A DNA stretch of 32,000 nt from Bacteriovoracia bacterium (GTDB lineage Bacteria; Bdellovibrionota; UBA1018; JBFWNL01). The stretch is taken from the NCBI GenBank assembly GCA_050251055.1, contig JBFWNL010000004.1, positions 13,863-45,862 of the forward strand, written 5' to 3'. The stretch's first letter is position 1. Each line of letters begins with the position of its first letter. The notes beneath the pieces are model-generated. The model saw nothing but the letters and a program-made list of their open reading frames with translations, was not told the DNA's origin and did no database searches. The translations under genes and the position numbers were made by a program. Shown here piece after piece: positions 20,937 to 29,691 of the stretch.

Positions 20937-21860
20937 TTAACTTCTACCGGCCACCGGATCCGGCGTCTTCACTTGCGGATCCGGAACGCGGAACTGAATA
21001 ACGGTCTCGATGCCGGAGAGGAAGTGATTCCAGTACTCTTCGGCCCGCTGCGGATTGGTCGACGGGAGCTCCAGGGTAAGCGTGGGAATGCCGCGCTCTT
21101 GGCCGGTGTAATTTCCGAGCGAACCTGGATAAAAACCGCCCGAGTGGGCGTTCACGTGCTGCCGCAGCTGCAGGCACTTCGTTACGTACTCGGAAGGGAA
21201 CTTCGCGAGCGCAAGCACGTCGGGGCCGTCATAGTCCATGAAATTCAGTGGCGAATGCACGGAGATGATCTTATTGGGCTTGTACTCGGAAATCAGCTTC
21301 GCCTGGAACTGCGTTTCCGGCTCTGACTCGGCTTGCTTGCCGGGAAAATAACGGGGATCCGCGCGATACTTCTTCTTCCACATCCTGGTCGCATCCTTCG
21401 CCCAGTCCGCGGTATTGAAATTACGGTTCACATCCACTTTGTTCGCATTCGTGCGCGTCCGCGGGTGGCGATAAAAGCCGTCCGGATTCACCAGCGGGGC
21501 GATCACGATGCGCGTTCCCGGGTATTTGGAAGTGTTCGCCTCCAGCCAATCCATCAGGCGCAGACCCAGGAAGAGCGGAGTGGTTTCGTCGCCGTGGACC
21601 ATCGAAAATACGAGCGTGGTGTTCTTCGCGTTCGGATCGCCGAACTCACGGAAAACCAACGGGCGCCCCTTCACCGAACGCCCTCCCACGCGCATGTCCT
21701 TAAATTGGCAGGCGTCGAGCTTCCACTTGAATTTCTTGAGCTCCGGGTTCAGCTCCTGGCACCACTTCTTCAGATCCTCGTCGGCCCCGATCATCGCGGA
21801 ACCCGTGAGGGAAACCAGCATGGCCACGGCCAGCGCGGCGCCCGGCAGTCGCCGCTTCAT
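20937..21860 (-). CDS. Secreted M14-family zinc carboxypeptidase (MpaA-like)
   Basis: The track ORF is trimmed to ATG 21860, which overlaps the dedA stop (ATGA 21860-21857). That gives the signal peptide MKRRLPGAALAVAMLVSLTGSAMIGA. M14 motifs are VFSMVHGDETTP (HxxE), APLVNPDG and VDVNRNF. Confidence 0.8.
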   Translation of the reverse strand: MKRRLPGAALAVAMLVSLTGSAMIGADEDLKKWCQELNPELKKFKWKLDACQFKDMRVGGRSVKGRPLVFREFGDPNAKNTTLVFSMVHGDETTPLFLGLRLMDWLEANTSKYPGTRIVIAPLVNPDGFYRHPRTRTNANKVDVNRNFNTADWAKDATRMWKKKYRADPRYFPGKQAESEPETQFQAKLISEYKPNKIISVHSPLNFMDYDGPDVLALAKFPSEYVTKCLQLRQHVNAHSGGFYPGSLGNYTGQERGIPTLTLELPSTNPQRAEEYWNHFLSGIETVIQFRVPDPQVKTPDPVAGRS

Positions 21861-22486
21861 GGCTTCACCACCCGTTGGCTGCGGGAATTGAGGTACCATT
21901 TCAAGGTGAGGATCAACGCCACCGAGATGATCACGAAGATGATCCCGTGCTCGACCCGGCGGATCACTTTAATAATGTGATCGACTTCGTCGCCAAAATA
22001 ATAAACGGAGTAGACGATGGCGGGCACGCTGATCAGCGAAGCCAAACCATCGTAGAAGAAAAAGATCCGGAACGGCAGGTGCAGGGTGCCGGCGGAGAAA
22101 AAGATCGGCATGCGCAACCCCGGCATGAAACGCGCGGCGAAGATCACCTTGTTGCCCTGGTTGTGGAGTTTCTTCTGGACCATGTCCAAGCGCTCCGGAG
22201 GCAGCAGCTTCCGGAAGAGCCAAAACCGGTTCACCAGCTTGCGGCCGTGTTTGTGCCCTAGGTAAAAAATCGCGCTATCGCCCAGCAGCACACCCACCAA
22301 AGAGATGAGAACCATTACAAAAACATTCGACTCTTCCGGGAACAAATGGGCGTAGTAACCCGCGCCGAACAACACGATGTCCTCGGGAACGGGCAAGCCA
22401 AAACCGCAAGCCAGGAGCGTCCCGAATAGAAGCAGGTACGCGTTCGTCCCGGAGATGTTGAACATGAAGTCGACTAGCTTATCCAT
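21857..22486 (-). CDS. dedA: DedA-family (VTT/SNARE-associated domain) membrane protein
   Basis: 209 aa. It has GLPVPEDIVLFGAGYY and FAARFMPGLRMPIFFSAGTL, the two DedA re-entrant loop motifs. Confidence 0.85.
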   Translation of the reverse strand: MDKLVDFMFNISGTNAYLLLFGTLLACGFGLPVPEDIVLFGAGYYAHLFPEESNVFVMVLISLVGVLLGDSAIFYLGHKHGRKLVNRFWLFRKLLPPERLDMVQKKLHNQGNKVIFAARFMPGLRMPIFFSAGTLHLPFRIFFFYDGLASLISVPAIVYSVYYFGDEVDHIIKVIRRVEHGIIFVIISVALILTLKWYLNSRSQRVVKP

Positions 22487-22577
22487 ATAGAAAACGTCCG
22501 CAAAAGACGGCGGAAATCAGTATTCCACTAGGCGCGAAAATCGGGGAGGAAAAAAGCGAACGAATCAATATACTCGG

Positions 22578-23441
22578 TCATTTTACGCGCGCTCTTTGGT
22601 TGAGCGGGTGGGACTTCATATACTCGTCCGTGAGCGTCCCCAGATCCAGGTGCGTGTATTTCTGCGTGGTGGAAAGACGCGCGTGCCCCAGCAGCTCTTG
22701 AATGCTTCTTAAATCGGCGCCGGCCACCAAGAGATGGGTGGCAAAACTATGACGTAAGACGTGCGGTGAAGCCTCCGTGTGCGAAAGCGCGCGGATCAGG
22801 TGCCGTGACAATATTCTCGCTACGCTTCTCGCCGACAAGCGCGTGCCCCGGAAATTCACGAACAGCGGACCGCGGGCGAGACCCCGAGCCCGCAAGGCCT
22901 CGACATAGATCGTGAGCGCCTCCCGGGCCGGACGCCCGAAGGGCACGCTCCGTTGCTTGTTTCCCTTGCCCAAAACCCGTAGCCATTCCCGGGAAAGATC
23001 GACATCTGCTAGGTCCAACCCCACCGCTTCGCTCACGCGCAGCCCACAGCCGTAAAGCACTTCCAAAAGCGCGCGGTCACGCTGGCCCAGAAAACCCGAA
23101 TCATCCGGCTGCTTCATGGAATCCAGCAGCTGCGCTAAGTCCTCGAGCTTCAGGAACTTTGGCAGGGGCTTTTCCCCCTTAGGGCTGGGGATCAACGCCC
23201 CGACATCGCGCTCGATCTCCCCCCGTTGACGCAAGAAGCGCAGGAAGGCTCGAATGGCGGCGAGCTTGCGGTTGATGGAAGATCTCTCATGCGTTTCAAA
23301 CAGGGCCGCGAGATAGGACCTAAGGTGCTTCGCGTTATATCTTTTGGAGAAATCCGCTAAACTCCGAATATTATTTAACTTAAGGCTCTCAAACCACTGC
23401 CTAAGGTCGGCCTCGTAGGCGCGCCGGGTGTGGACGCTCAT
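22578..23441 (-). CDS. xerC: Tyrosine recombinase, XerC/XerD type
   Basis: 287 aa from ATG 23441. Catalytic motifs are GLRVSEAVGL (R), LRHSFATHLLVAGADLRSIQELLGHARLSTTQKYTHL (HxxR...H...Y). Homology appears to continue upstream of the ATG (see findings). Confidence 0.85.
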   Translation of the reverse strand: MSVHTRRAYEADLRQWFESLKLNNIRSLADFSKRYNAKHLRSYLAALFETHERSSINRKLAAIRAFLRFLRQRGEIERDVGALIPSPKGEKPLPKFLKLEDLAQLLDSMKQPDDSGFLGQRDRALLEVLYGCGLRVSEAVGLDLADVDLSREWLRVLGKGNKQRSVPFGRPAREALTIYVEALRARGLARGPLFVNFRGTRLSARSVARILSRHLIRALSHTEASPHVLRHSFATHLLVAGADLRSIQELLGHARLSTTQKYTHLDLGTLTDEYMKSHPLNQRARVK

Positions 23442-23517
23442 CCCGCGCTGCTCGCAGCTTTCGATATACCGTTGGATGTACCGCTGAATCCAGTCTTCGA
23501 TTGAGTCAGTCTATGGT

Positions 23518-24912
23518 ATGCCGCAGGGCATGTCAAAACTGGGTCCGGTCCATATTATCGGCGCGGGGCTCGCCGGCTCCGAAGCGGCCTATTTCCTGGC
23601 CCGCCACGGGGTGAAGGTCCACCTTCACGAGATGCGCCCCGTGCGCATGACCGAAGCCCATAAGACCGAAAAATTCGCCGAACTGGTTTGCAGCAATTCA
23701 TTGAAATCACTCTCCCACGAGTCCGCGCCCGGCATGCTGAAGGCCGAAATGCGCGCGCTGGGCTCGCTCGTGCTCCAAGCGGGCGAGAAGGCTGCCGTGC
23801 CCGCGGGCGAAGCGCTGGGAGTCGACCGCGAGGTTTTCTCCGAGCTCATCACGGCCGTATTGAGCTCACATCCGAACATCACGATCGAACGCGGCGAGAT
23901 GTCCGAACCCCCCGCGGGCGGGCCCACGCTCATCGCGACGGGACCGCTGACCTCGCCAGCGCTGGGCAAGTGGCTCGCCACCGCGACCGGCGCCGACGAC
24001 CTTTATTTTTACGACGCCATCGCACCCATTATCGACGCCACGAGCGTCGACATGAACCACGCTTTTCTGGCGAATCGCTACGACAAGGGCGAAGAACAGG
24101 CGTATTTGAATTGCCCACTCACCGAGCCGGAATACGAAAAATTCATCGACGCTTTGCTCGCCGCGGAAAAGGTCCCGCCGAAATCCTTTGAAAAAGAAAT
24201 CCTCTTCCAAGGCTGCCAGCCGATCGAGTCGATTGCGGCCGGCGGGCGCGAAAGCCTGCGCTTTGGTCCCATGAAGCCGGTGGGCCTCACCGATCCCCGC
24301 ACCGGACGCCGACCGTACGCCGTCGTGCAGCTTCGACCGGAAAATCGTTCGCGCACGGCCTACAATCTGGTGGGCTTTCAAACGAAGCTGAAGTACGGCG
24401 AGCAAAAGCGCGTTTTCGCGCATATCCCGGCATTAGCCAACGCCGAGTTCTTGCGTCTGGGCTCCATCCACCGCAACACGTACGTGTGCGGCCCGAAGGT
24501 TCTGCGCACTGACCTTTCGCTGAAAGGCCATCCGCTGGTATATCTTGCCGGACAGGTGACGGGCGTCGAAGGCTACGTCGAGTCGTCCGCTTGCGGGCTG
24601 CTGGCGGGACTTTTCATGCTTCAGCGCCTGGAAGGCCGGCCCCACGCGACCCCGCCGATCAACACGGCGCTGGGGGCGCTGCTGAAGCACGTCACTCAAT
24701 CCGATCCGGCGAACTACCAACCGGGCAACATCCACTTCGGGCTCTTCGATCCTATTTTCTTCGAAAATCTCGTCGACAAGCGCCGCGACGATGTCCGCAA
24801 GGGCATGGCCGCGCAGGCGATCGTGAACTTCGACCGCTGGCTGGCTTCTATGCCGGGAATCCAGAAATCAAAGGGCCCGGAAGAATCATTCCCCCGGGCC
24901 CACACGAGTTAA
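23518..24912 (+). CDS. trmFO: Methylenetetrahydrofolate--tRNA-(uracil54-C5)-methyltransferase TrmFO (Gid)
   Basis: 464 aa. VHIIGAGLAGSEAAYFLARHGVKVHLHEMRP...HKTEKFAELVCSNSLKS is the TrmFO N-terminal FAD motif and the CSNS block. Confidence 0.9.
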   Translation: MPQGMSKLGPVHIIGAGLAGSEAAYFLARHGVKVHLHEMRPVRMTEAHKTEKFAELVCSNSLKSLSHESAPGMLKAEMRALGSLVLQAGEKAAVPAGEALGVDREVFSELITAVLSSHPNITIERGEMSEPPAGGPTLIATGPLTSPALGKWLATATGADDLYFYDAIAPIIDATSVDMNHAFLANRYDKGEEQAYLNCPLTEPEYEKFIDALLAAEKVPPKSFEKEILFQGCQPIESIAAGGRESLRFGPMKPVGLTDPRTGRRPYAVVQLRPENRSRTAYNLVGFQTKLKYGEQKRVFAHIPALANAEFLRLGSIHRNTYVCGPKVLRTDLSLKGHPLVYLAGQVTGVEGYVESSACGLLAGLFMLQRLEGRPHATPPINTALGALLKHVTQSDPANYQPGNIHFGLFDPIFFENLVDKRRDDVRKGMAAQAIVNFDRWLASMPGIQKSKGPEESFPRAHTS

Positions 24913-24942
24913 GACAGTAACGATTACAAGAACGACTAGAGA

Positions 24943-25734
24943 CTAGTTCACCGTCAAGCGCGCGCGCTTGCGGTTCAAGTCATACATATGCTTTTGGAAC
25001 TTGGCGTATGCCTTCTTGTCGGTCGGCATCACGTCGGTCCAGGCGATCGAAGCCGACTGCACCGAGCGTACGCGAGCGCCGGCCAGGGCTGGACCCATCG
25101 CCGGGTTGAGCGCTTGGCTTGCGTCCACGAAGAACGCAATCCCGCTCGTGCCCGGAGCGACGCCGGTATAGATGCCGGCCACGCCCTGAACGCCGTTGCC
25201 AAAGTTAAAGCTCGGGAAGAAGTTGATCGGCACGCCGATGCCCGTGTTGAGCTGATCGATTCCGATCGCGACCCCGGCGACCGCCACTCCTTGGCCCAAG
25301 GCCAGGTAGACGCGGCTATTCGTGCTACCGCCCAGCGGGAAGACGAACACGGGGTTATTGCCGAGGCTGACTGGCAGCATCGTGCCGTTCGGTAAGAGCG
25401 CGTCGCCGACCTGAGCACCCGAAGCTTCGGTCACGTTGATCGAAGCGACGAGCTCGGTTCCGCCCCCGCCACCAAGGACGGGACGAAGCGCGACGCTTCC
25501 ATAAACGTGGTTCGGGTCATTGCGGTCCAAGATCGGAATTTCGATCGTGGGAAGCATCAAGGCTCCCGTGCCCATCGTAGCCACGAACGAAACATAGGTA
25601 TCGCCGTTCATCTGCGAGGTGTTCAGCTGGACATTGCGGATGAATCCGCCACCCTGGCCGCCTCCACCGCAGCCCATGAGCGCGACGCTCAAGGCAAACA
25701 CCGATCCCACTAAGGACTTTTGAATCCCTCTCAT
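24943..25734 (-). CDS. Gly-rich lipoprotein, unknown function
   Basis: 263 aa. The signal peptide carries a lipobox (SVFALSVALMGC) followed by GGGGQGGG. GGAGGG lies 6 nt upstream of the ATG. Confidence 0.75.
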   Translation of the reverse strand: MRGIQKSLVGSVFALSVALMGCGGGGQGGGFIRNVQLNTSQMNGDTYVSFVATMGTGALMLPTIEIPILDRNDPNHVYGSVALRPVLGGGGGTELVASINVTEASGAQVGDALLPNGTMLPVSLGNNPVFVFPLGGSTNSRVYLALGQGVAVAGVAIGIDQLNTGIGVPINFFPSFNFGNGVQGVAGIYTGVAPGTSGIAFFVDASQALNPAMGPALAGARVRSVQSASIAWTDVMPTDKKAYAKFQKHMYDLNRKRARLTVN

Positions 25735-25755
25735 ATACCACCCTCCTGTTGTAGA

Positions 25756-25779
25756 TATTGTTAAATTAGATTAACAATA
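25756..25779. promoter_or_regulatory. Inverted repeat TATTGTTAA-N6-TTAACAATA at the predicted transcription start of the lipoprotein gene
   Basis: The 9-bp arms are perfectly complementary. The repeat sits between the predicted -10 (25787-25792) and the SD (25741-25746). It could be an operator or a 5'-UTR hairpin. Confidence 0.4.
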
Positions 25780-25786
25780 ATTGGAT

Positions 25787-25815
25787 AATTTAACTGAACC
25801 GATTTTATCAGTCAA
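25787..25815 (-). promoter_or_regulatory. Sigma-70-type promoter for the Gly-rich lipoprotein gene
   Basis: The minus strand reads TTGACT (25815-25810), N17, TAAATT (25792-25787). It sits inside a short, strongly AT-rich intergenic island. Confidence 0.5.
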
Positions 25816-25824
25816 TTAAAATGT

Positions 25825-25846
25825 ATAGATCCTTCGGGATGGCTAT
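25825..25846 (-). terminator. Weak hairpin plus U-run after the thioesterase-like gene
   Basis: The minus RNA reads AUAG-CC-AUCC CGAA GGAU-CUAU, followed by ACAUUUUAAUUG. The stem is short, bulged and AU-rich. Confidence 0.3.
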
Positions 25847-25877
25847 TGAAATACTTTACTCAAATATTCTTGATGAA

Positions 25878-26381
25878 CTAAACTAGTTGAGATGAAGAGG
25901 CTTTTTCTTTTTTTCGGATATAGACCGTATTCGCGACCTCAGCCACGACACGGCCGCGCTTATCTTTAAACGAGTAGAAAAACGTATGAGTGGAAGACCC
26001 CTTCGACTGGAGTGCAGTTTTGATCTGACTCACGTCATCCTCAGAGATCGTCACAATCAGGTCCAGCCTTCCTTTACCGGGCTTCAGGAACTCGACCTTC
26101 TGTGATTTCGTCCAAACCTGCGTCCCAGGGATAATCCGCGCCAATAGAAGCACCGGCAAAGGGTCCGACACGGCGCAGATAAAACCCCCAAAAATCGTCC
26201 CGTGCATATTGCCGCTGTACCAGCGCTGGGGGAGCTGCAGGTGGAGCTTACGGTAATCCTTCGCCACGCTCTTCACGGTCACCCCCATGAAAAAGAAAGG
26301 CGGGTAGAGTTCGAGCAGCTTTTTTTCCGGGAGAAGTTTCAGCCCGCTGAGGAAGTTCACGAAGTTCATGGCTGCCCTCAT
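25878..26381 (-). CDS. Hotdog-fold thioesterase-like protein (DUF4442/YiiD-C-like)
   Basis: The track ORF (to 26591) overlaps prs. Trimmed to ATG 26381 (or 26369), it gives MRAAMNFVNFLSGLKLLPEKKLLELYPPFFFMGVTVKSV...NMHGTIFGGFICAVSDP, which I recall as the DUF4442 thioesterase pattern. Confidence 0.5.
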   Translation of the reverse strand: MRAAMNFVNFLSGLKLLPEKKLLELYPPFFFMGVTVKSVAKDYRKLHLQLPQRWYSGNMHGTIFGGFICAVSDPLPVLLLARIIPGTQVWTKSQKVEFLKPGKGRLDLIVTISEDDVSQIKTALQSKGSSTHTFFYSFKDKRGRVVAEVANTVYIRKKEKASSSQLV

Positions 26382-26418
26382 TATTGCACGATTCCGGTAG
26401 ATGGGATAGCAATCCCAA

Positions 26419-27369
26419 ATGCGAAAAAGAGACTGGATCGTGCTGTCTGGCAACTCCAACCCGGGACTTGCCCAAGCCGTCTGCCAAACGCTCGACAAGC
26501 CGCTCGCGAAGGCCGAAGTGAAGCGCTTCAGTGACGGCGAAGTCTTCATCGAGATCGGCGAAAACGTACGCGGCCGGGATGCGTACATCATTCAGAGCAC
26601 GTGCCCACCCACGAACGATAACCTGATGGAACTCCTGATCATGATCGACGCGCTCAAGCGCGCCAGCGCGAAGGAGATCACCGCGATCCTCCCATACTTC
26701 GGTTATGCGCGCCAAGACCGCAAGGTCGCGCCGCGCACGCCGATCACGGCGCGTCTCGTGGCCGATCTGATCGCCAAAGCCGGCGCCACCCGCGTGGTCG
26801 CCGTCGACCTGCACGCGGGACAGATCCAAGGCTTCTTCGACATTCCTTCCGACAACCTGTTCGCGATGCCCGTGCTGCTCGACTACATCAAGAACGAGCT
26901 CACGAAGCATGCTCCGCTCGTGATGGTCAGCCCCGACGCCGGAGGCGTGGAGCGCGCGCGCGCCTACGCCAAACGCATCGATGCCACTGTCGCCATGATC
27001 GATAAGCGCCGCCTGCGCGCCAACGAAGCCAAGGCCATGAACGTGGTCGGTGACGTAAAGGACATGACGGCCGTGCTGATCGACGACATGATCGACACCG
27101 CCGGCACCCTCACCGAGGCCGCCCACGCCGTGATGAAAAACGGGGCTAAAGCCGTTTACGCGGTGGCCACCCACGGCGTGCTCTCGGGCCCCGCCGTGAA
27201 GCGCATCCAGGAATCCATCATCCAACAGGTGATCGTCACCGATACGATCCCGCTCAGCCCGGAAGCCGCGGCCTGCGGAAAGATCAAGCAGATCTCCATG
27301 GCGAAGGTACTGGCCCAGGCGATCGAGCGCATCCGCAACTACGACAGCTTGAGCAACCTGTTCGTCTAA
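26419..27369 (+). CDS. prs: Ribose-phosphate pyrophosphokinase (PRPP synthetase)
   Basis: 316 aa. It is near-collinear with B. subtilis Prs: RFSDGEVFIEIGENVRGRDAYIIQST, MELLIMIDALKRASAKEITAILPYFGYARQDRK, DLHAGQIQGFFDIP and LIDDMIDTAGT. Confidence 0.95.
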   Translation: MRKRDWIVLSGNSNPGLAQAVCQTLDKPLAKAEVKRFSDGEVFIEIGENVRGRDAYIIQSTCPPTNDNLMELLIMIDALKRASAKEITAILPYFGYARQDRKVAPRTPITARLVADLIAKAGATRVVAVDLHAGQIQGFFDIPSDNLFAMPVLLDYIKNELTKHAPLVMVSPDAGGVERARAYAKRIDATVAMIDKRRLRANEAKAMNVVGDVKDMTAVLIDDMIDTAGTLTEAAHAVMKNGAKAVYAVATHGVLSGPAVKRIQESIIQQVIVTDTIPLSPEAAACGKIKQISMAKVLAQAIERIRNYDSLSNLFV

Positions 27370-27379
27370 AGGTGAGCGC

Positions 27380-27964
27380 GTGAAGTTGGTAGTCGGCCTT
27401 GGCAATCCCGGTCCCCGTTATGAAACCACCCGTCACAATGCGGGTTTTTTGGCCGTGGATTCGCTCGTCGACCGTTGGCGGGCGCAAGGCCCCGTCACCA
27501 AATTCCAAGGCGAGGTCTACCAGGCTGAGCACAAAGGCGAAAAAGTGATCATTGCTAAGCCGCAAACGTTTATGAATGTTTCGGGCGCTTGCGTGGCCGA
27601 GCTTTTTAATTTCTATAAGTGCCGGCCGGAAGACCTCATCGTGATTTACGACGAGCTCGACCTGCCGCCGCTCACCCTGCGCCTGAAAACCGGGGGGGGC
27701 GCCGGCGGGCATAATGGCATCAAATCCATCGATTCCCGCCTAGGCGATGCGAACAATAAATACCATCGCGTGCGCATCGGCATCGGCAAGCCCACACGCC
27801 CTTCGCAGGGCGACGGCGCTGACTACGTGCTCGCACCCTTCACGGACGACGAATTGGTAAAACTGAACGAGATCCTGGATCCCATCGGGGCGGCCGTCGA
27901 GCTGCTGATCGAGGGAAAGGCGGCGGAAGCCATGAACCGTTACAACCGGAAAGAGGAAGCATAA
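27380..27964 (+). CDS. pth: Peptidyl-tRNA hydrolase
   Basis: 194 aa with a GTG start. (M)[22 protein letters not shown] is the Pth signature. AAGGTGA lies upstream. Confidence 0.95.
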   Translation: MKLVVGLGNPGPRYETTRHNAGFLAVDSLVDRWRAQGPVTKFQGEVYQAEHKGEKVIIAKPQTFMNVSGACVAELFNFYKCRPEDLIVIYDELDLPPLTLRLKTGGGAGGHNGIKSIDSRLGDANNKYHRVRIGIGKPTRPSQGDGADYVLAPFTDDELVKLNEILDPIGAAVELLIEGKAAEAMNRYNRKEEA

Positions 27965-29064
27965 TGGGTTTTCAATGCGGCATCGTAGGTCTGCCTAACG
28001 TGGGAAAATCCACGATCTTCAACGCGCTTACATCGGCTAAGGCCGAAGCGGCGAACTTTCCCTTCTGTACGATCGACCCGAACACGGGCATCGTGAAGGT
28101 TCCGGATCCCCGGCTCGATAACATCTCCCAGTACATCAAACCGAAGTCGCTCGTGCCTACCTCCATGACGTTCGTCGACATCGCGGGCCTGGTAAAGGGC
28201 GCATCCAAGGGGGAGGGTCTGGGCAACCAGTTCCTGGCCCACATCCGTGAGACCCAGGCTACCGCCCACGTCGTGCGCTGCTTCGCCGACCCGAACGTGA
28301 TCCATGTCGAGGGCTCCGTGAACCCGCTGCGCGACATCGAAGTGATCGACACCGAGCTCATGCTCGCCGACCTCGAAACCGTCAGCAAGAAATTCGAAGC
28401 CACGAAAAAAGCCGCGCGCACCGGCAACAAGGACGCCGCCGCTATCTTCGGCGTCCTGGAGCCGGTGAAGAACGCGCTGGAGGCCGGCAAGCCCGTGCGC
28501 TCGCTGAAGCTGTCTCCGGAAGAACTCGCGCGCATCGCCGATTTCCATCTCATCACGGCGAAGAAAGTCATGTACGTCGCCAACGTCGACGATTCCGACC
28601 TTGAAAACCCCGACGCCAATCCGCACGTGAAAACGCTGCAGGAATACGCGAAGAAAGAAGGCTCCCCCGTGGTCGTGATCTGCGGGAAAATCGAGTCGGA
28701 AATATCCGAGCTTGGCGCCGAAGAGAAGAAGCAGTTCTTGCAAGAGCTCGGGCTGAAGGAGCCGGGACTCAACCGCGTTATCCGCGCGGGGTATGAGCTA
28801 CTGGGGCTGAAAACCTATTTTACCGCCGGAGAAAAGGAAGTCCGCGCCTGGACCTTCCCCGAAGGCTTCAAGGCGCCCCAATGCGCGGGCGTGATCCACT
28901 CGGATTTCGAGCGCGGATTCATCAAGGCCGAGGTCTACCATTACGAGGATCTGATGAAGCACAAGAGCGAAGCGGCGATCCGCGACGCGGGCGCCCTACG
29001 CCTCGAAGGCAAAGAATACGTCGTGAAAGACGGCGACGTCATGCACTTCCGTTTCGCGGTCTAG
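27964..29064 (+). CDS. ychF: Ribosome-binding ATPase YchF
   Basis: 366 aa. It has [45 protein letters not shown] and the C-terminal TGS-like region. TAATG overlap with pth at 27962-27966. Confidence 0.95.
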   Translation: MGFQCGIVGLPNVGKSTIFNALTSAKAEAANFPFCTIDPNTGIVKVPDPRLDNISQYIKPKSLVPTSMTFVDIAGLVKGASKGEGLGNQFLAHIRETQATAHVVRCFADPNVIHVEGSVNPLRDIEVIDTELMLADLETVSKKFEATKKAARTGNKDAAAIFGVLEPVKNALEAGKPVRSLKLSPEELARIADFHLITAKKVMYVANVDDSDLENPDANPHVKTLQEYAKKEGSPVVVICGKIESEISELGAEEKKQFLQELGLKEPGLNRVIRAGYELLGLKTYFTAGEKEVRAWTFPEGFKAPQCAGVIHSDFERGFIKAEVYHYEDLMKHKSEAAIRDAGALRLEGKEYVVKDGDVMHFRFAV

Positions 29065-29076
29065 GGCCCAGCGAGC

Positions 29077-29604
29077 TTAATTGTTCTCGAATTGGTCGAG
29101 GGCGGCGTTCAGCGCCTGATCGACGAAGGGCTGACTGCAGCTGCCGCCACCGGCAGAAATCAGGACCGTTCCTGGGGAAACGCTCACGCGCTCGTCCACC
29201 GCATAGACTTCCACCCCGTTCGCGCTTTGATAAACCGAACCGCGCGCGTCCACGCAAAGCGTGGGCGAATCCAGCTTAACGCTGTCCCGCAAGCCGATCG
29301 TATCGACTAGGCAGAAGTCGTTCGCTTGAACGACGTCCTCCCGGTATACCCCGATCACTCCCAGACTGATCCCTTGGTTACTGGATTCAACGCTCGTACC
29401 GGCGAATGATTTGCATCGCCCATCCTGGTCGGACGAGCCCGTGGGGTTCGGACGCGGATTTTGCACGGCTTGGCGGTACACGCCCAGGTCGCTGCGCATA
29501 AGCAAATCCGAACAACCATTAAAAAGAAAGAGCGCGGGAATAACCGCTAGGCGCGCAATTTGCGCGATCGGGAGAACGTGCGAAGAAACGCGTTGTTTTT
29601 CCAT
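29077..29604 (-). CDS. Lipoprotein, unknown function
   Basis: 175 aa. The signal peptide carries a lipobox (LAVIPALFLFNGC). There are four further Cys in the mature part. Confidence 0.65.
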   Translation of the reverse strand: MEKQRVSSHVLPIAQIARLAVIPALFLFNGCSDLLMRSDLGVYRQAVQNPRPNPTGSSDQDGRCKSFAGTSVESSNQGISLGVIGVYREDVVQANDFCLVDTIGLRDSVKLDSPTLCVDARGSVYQSANGVEVYAVDERVSVSPGTVLISAGGGSCSQPFVDQALNAALDQFENN

Positions 29605-29691
29605 AACCCTTGAATCCTCATCCTTGCCCCCAATAACTCCTCTATTTTATCGCACCGACGGATAAAGAAAAGTAGGTCATCCGGGACACGC

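Noticed and set aside
21861-21899. 13-codon N-terminal extension of the M14 peptidase ORF
   Set aside because: The internal ATG 21860 gives a clean signal peptide and an ATGA overlap with the dedA stop. The extension would overlap dedA coding sequence.
26382-26591. 70-codon N-terminal extension of the thioesterase-like ORF
   Set aside because: It would overlap the 5' end of prs on the opposite strand, and the extension has no thioesterase-like sequence. The internal ATGs at 26381 and 26369 fit the family N-terminus.
26248-27405. 385-aa minus-strand ORF
   Set aside because: It lies exactly antisense to the unmistakable prs gene. The product is Arg/Gly/His/Asp-rich low-complexity, typical of shadow ORFs in GC-rich DNA.
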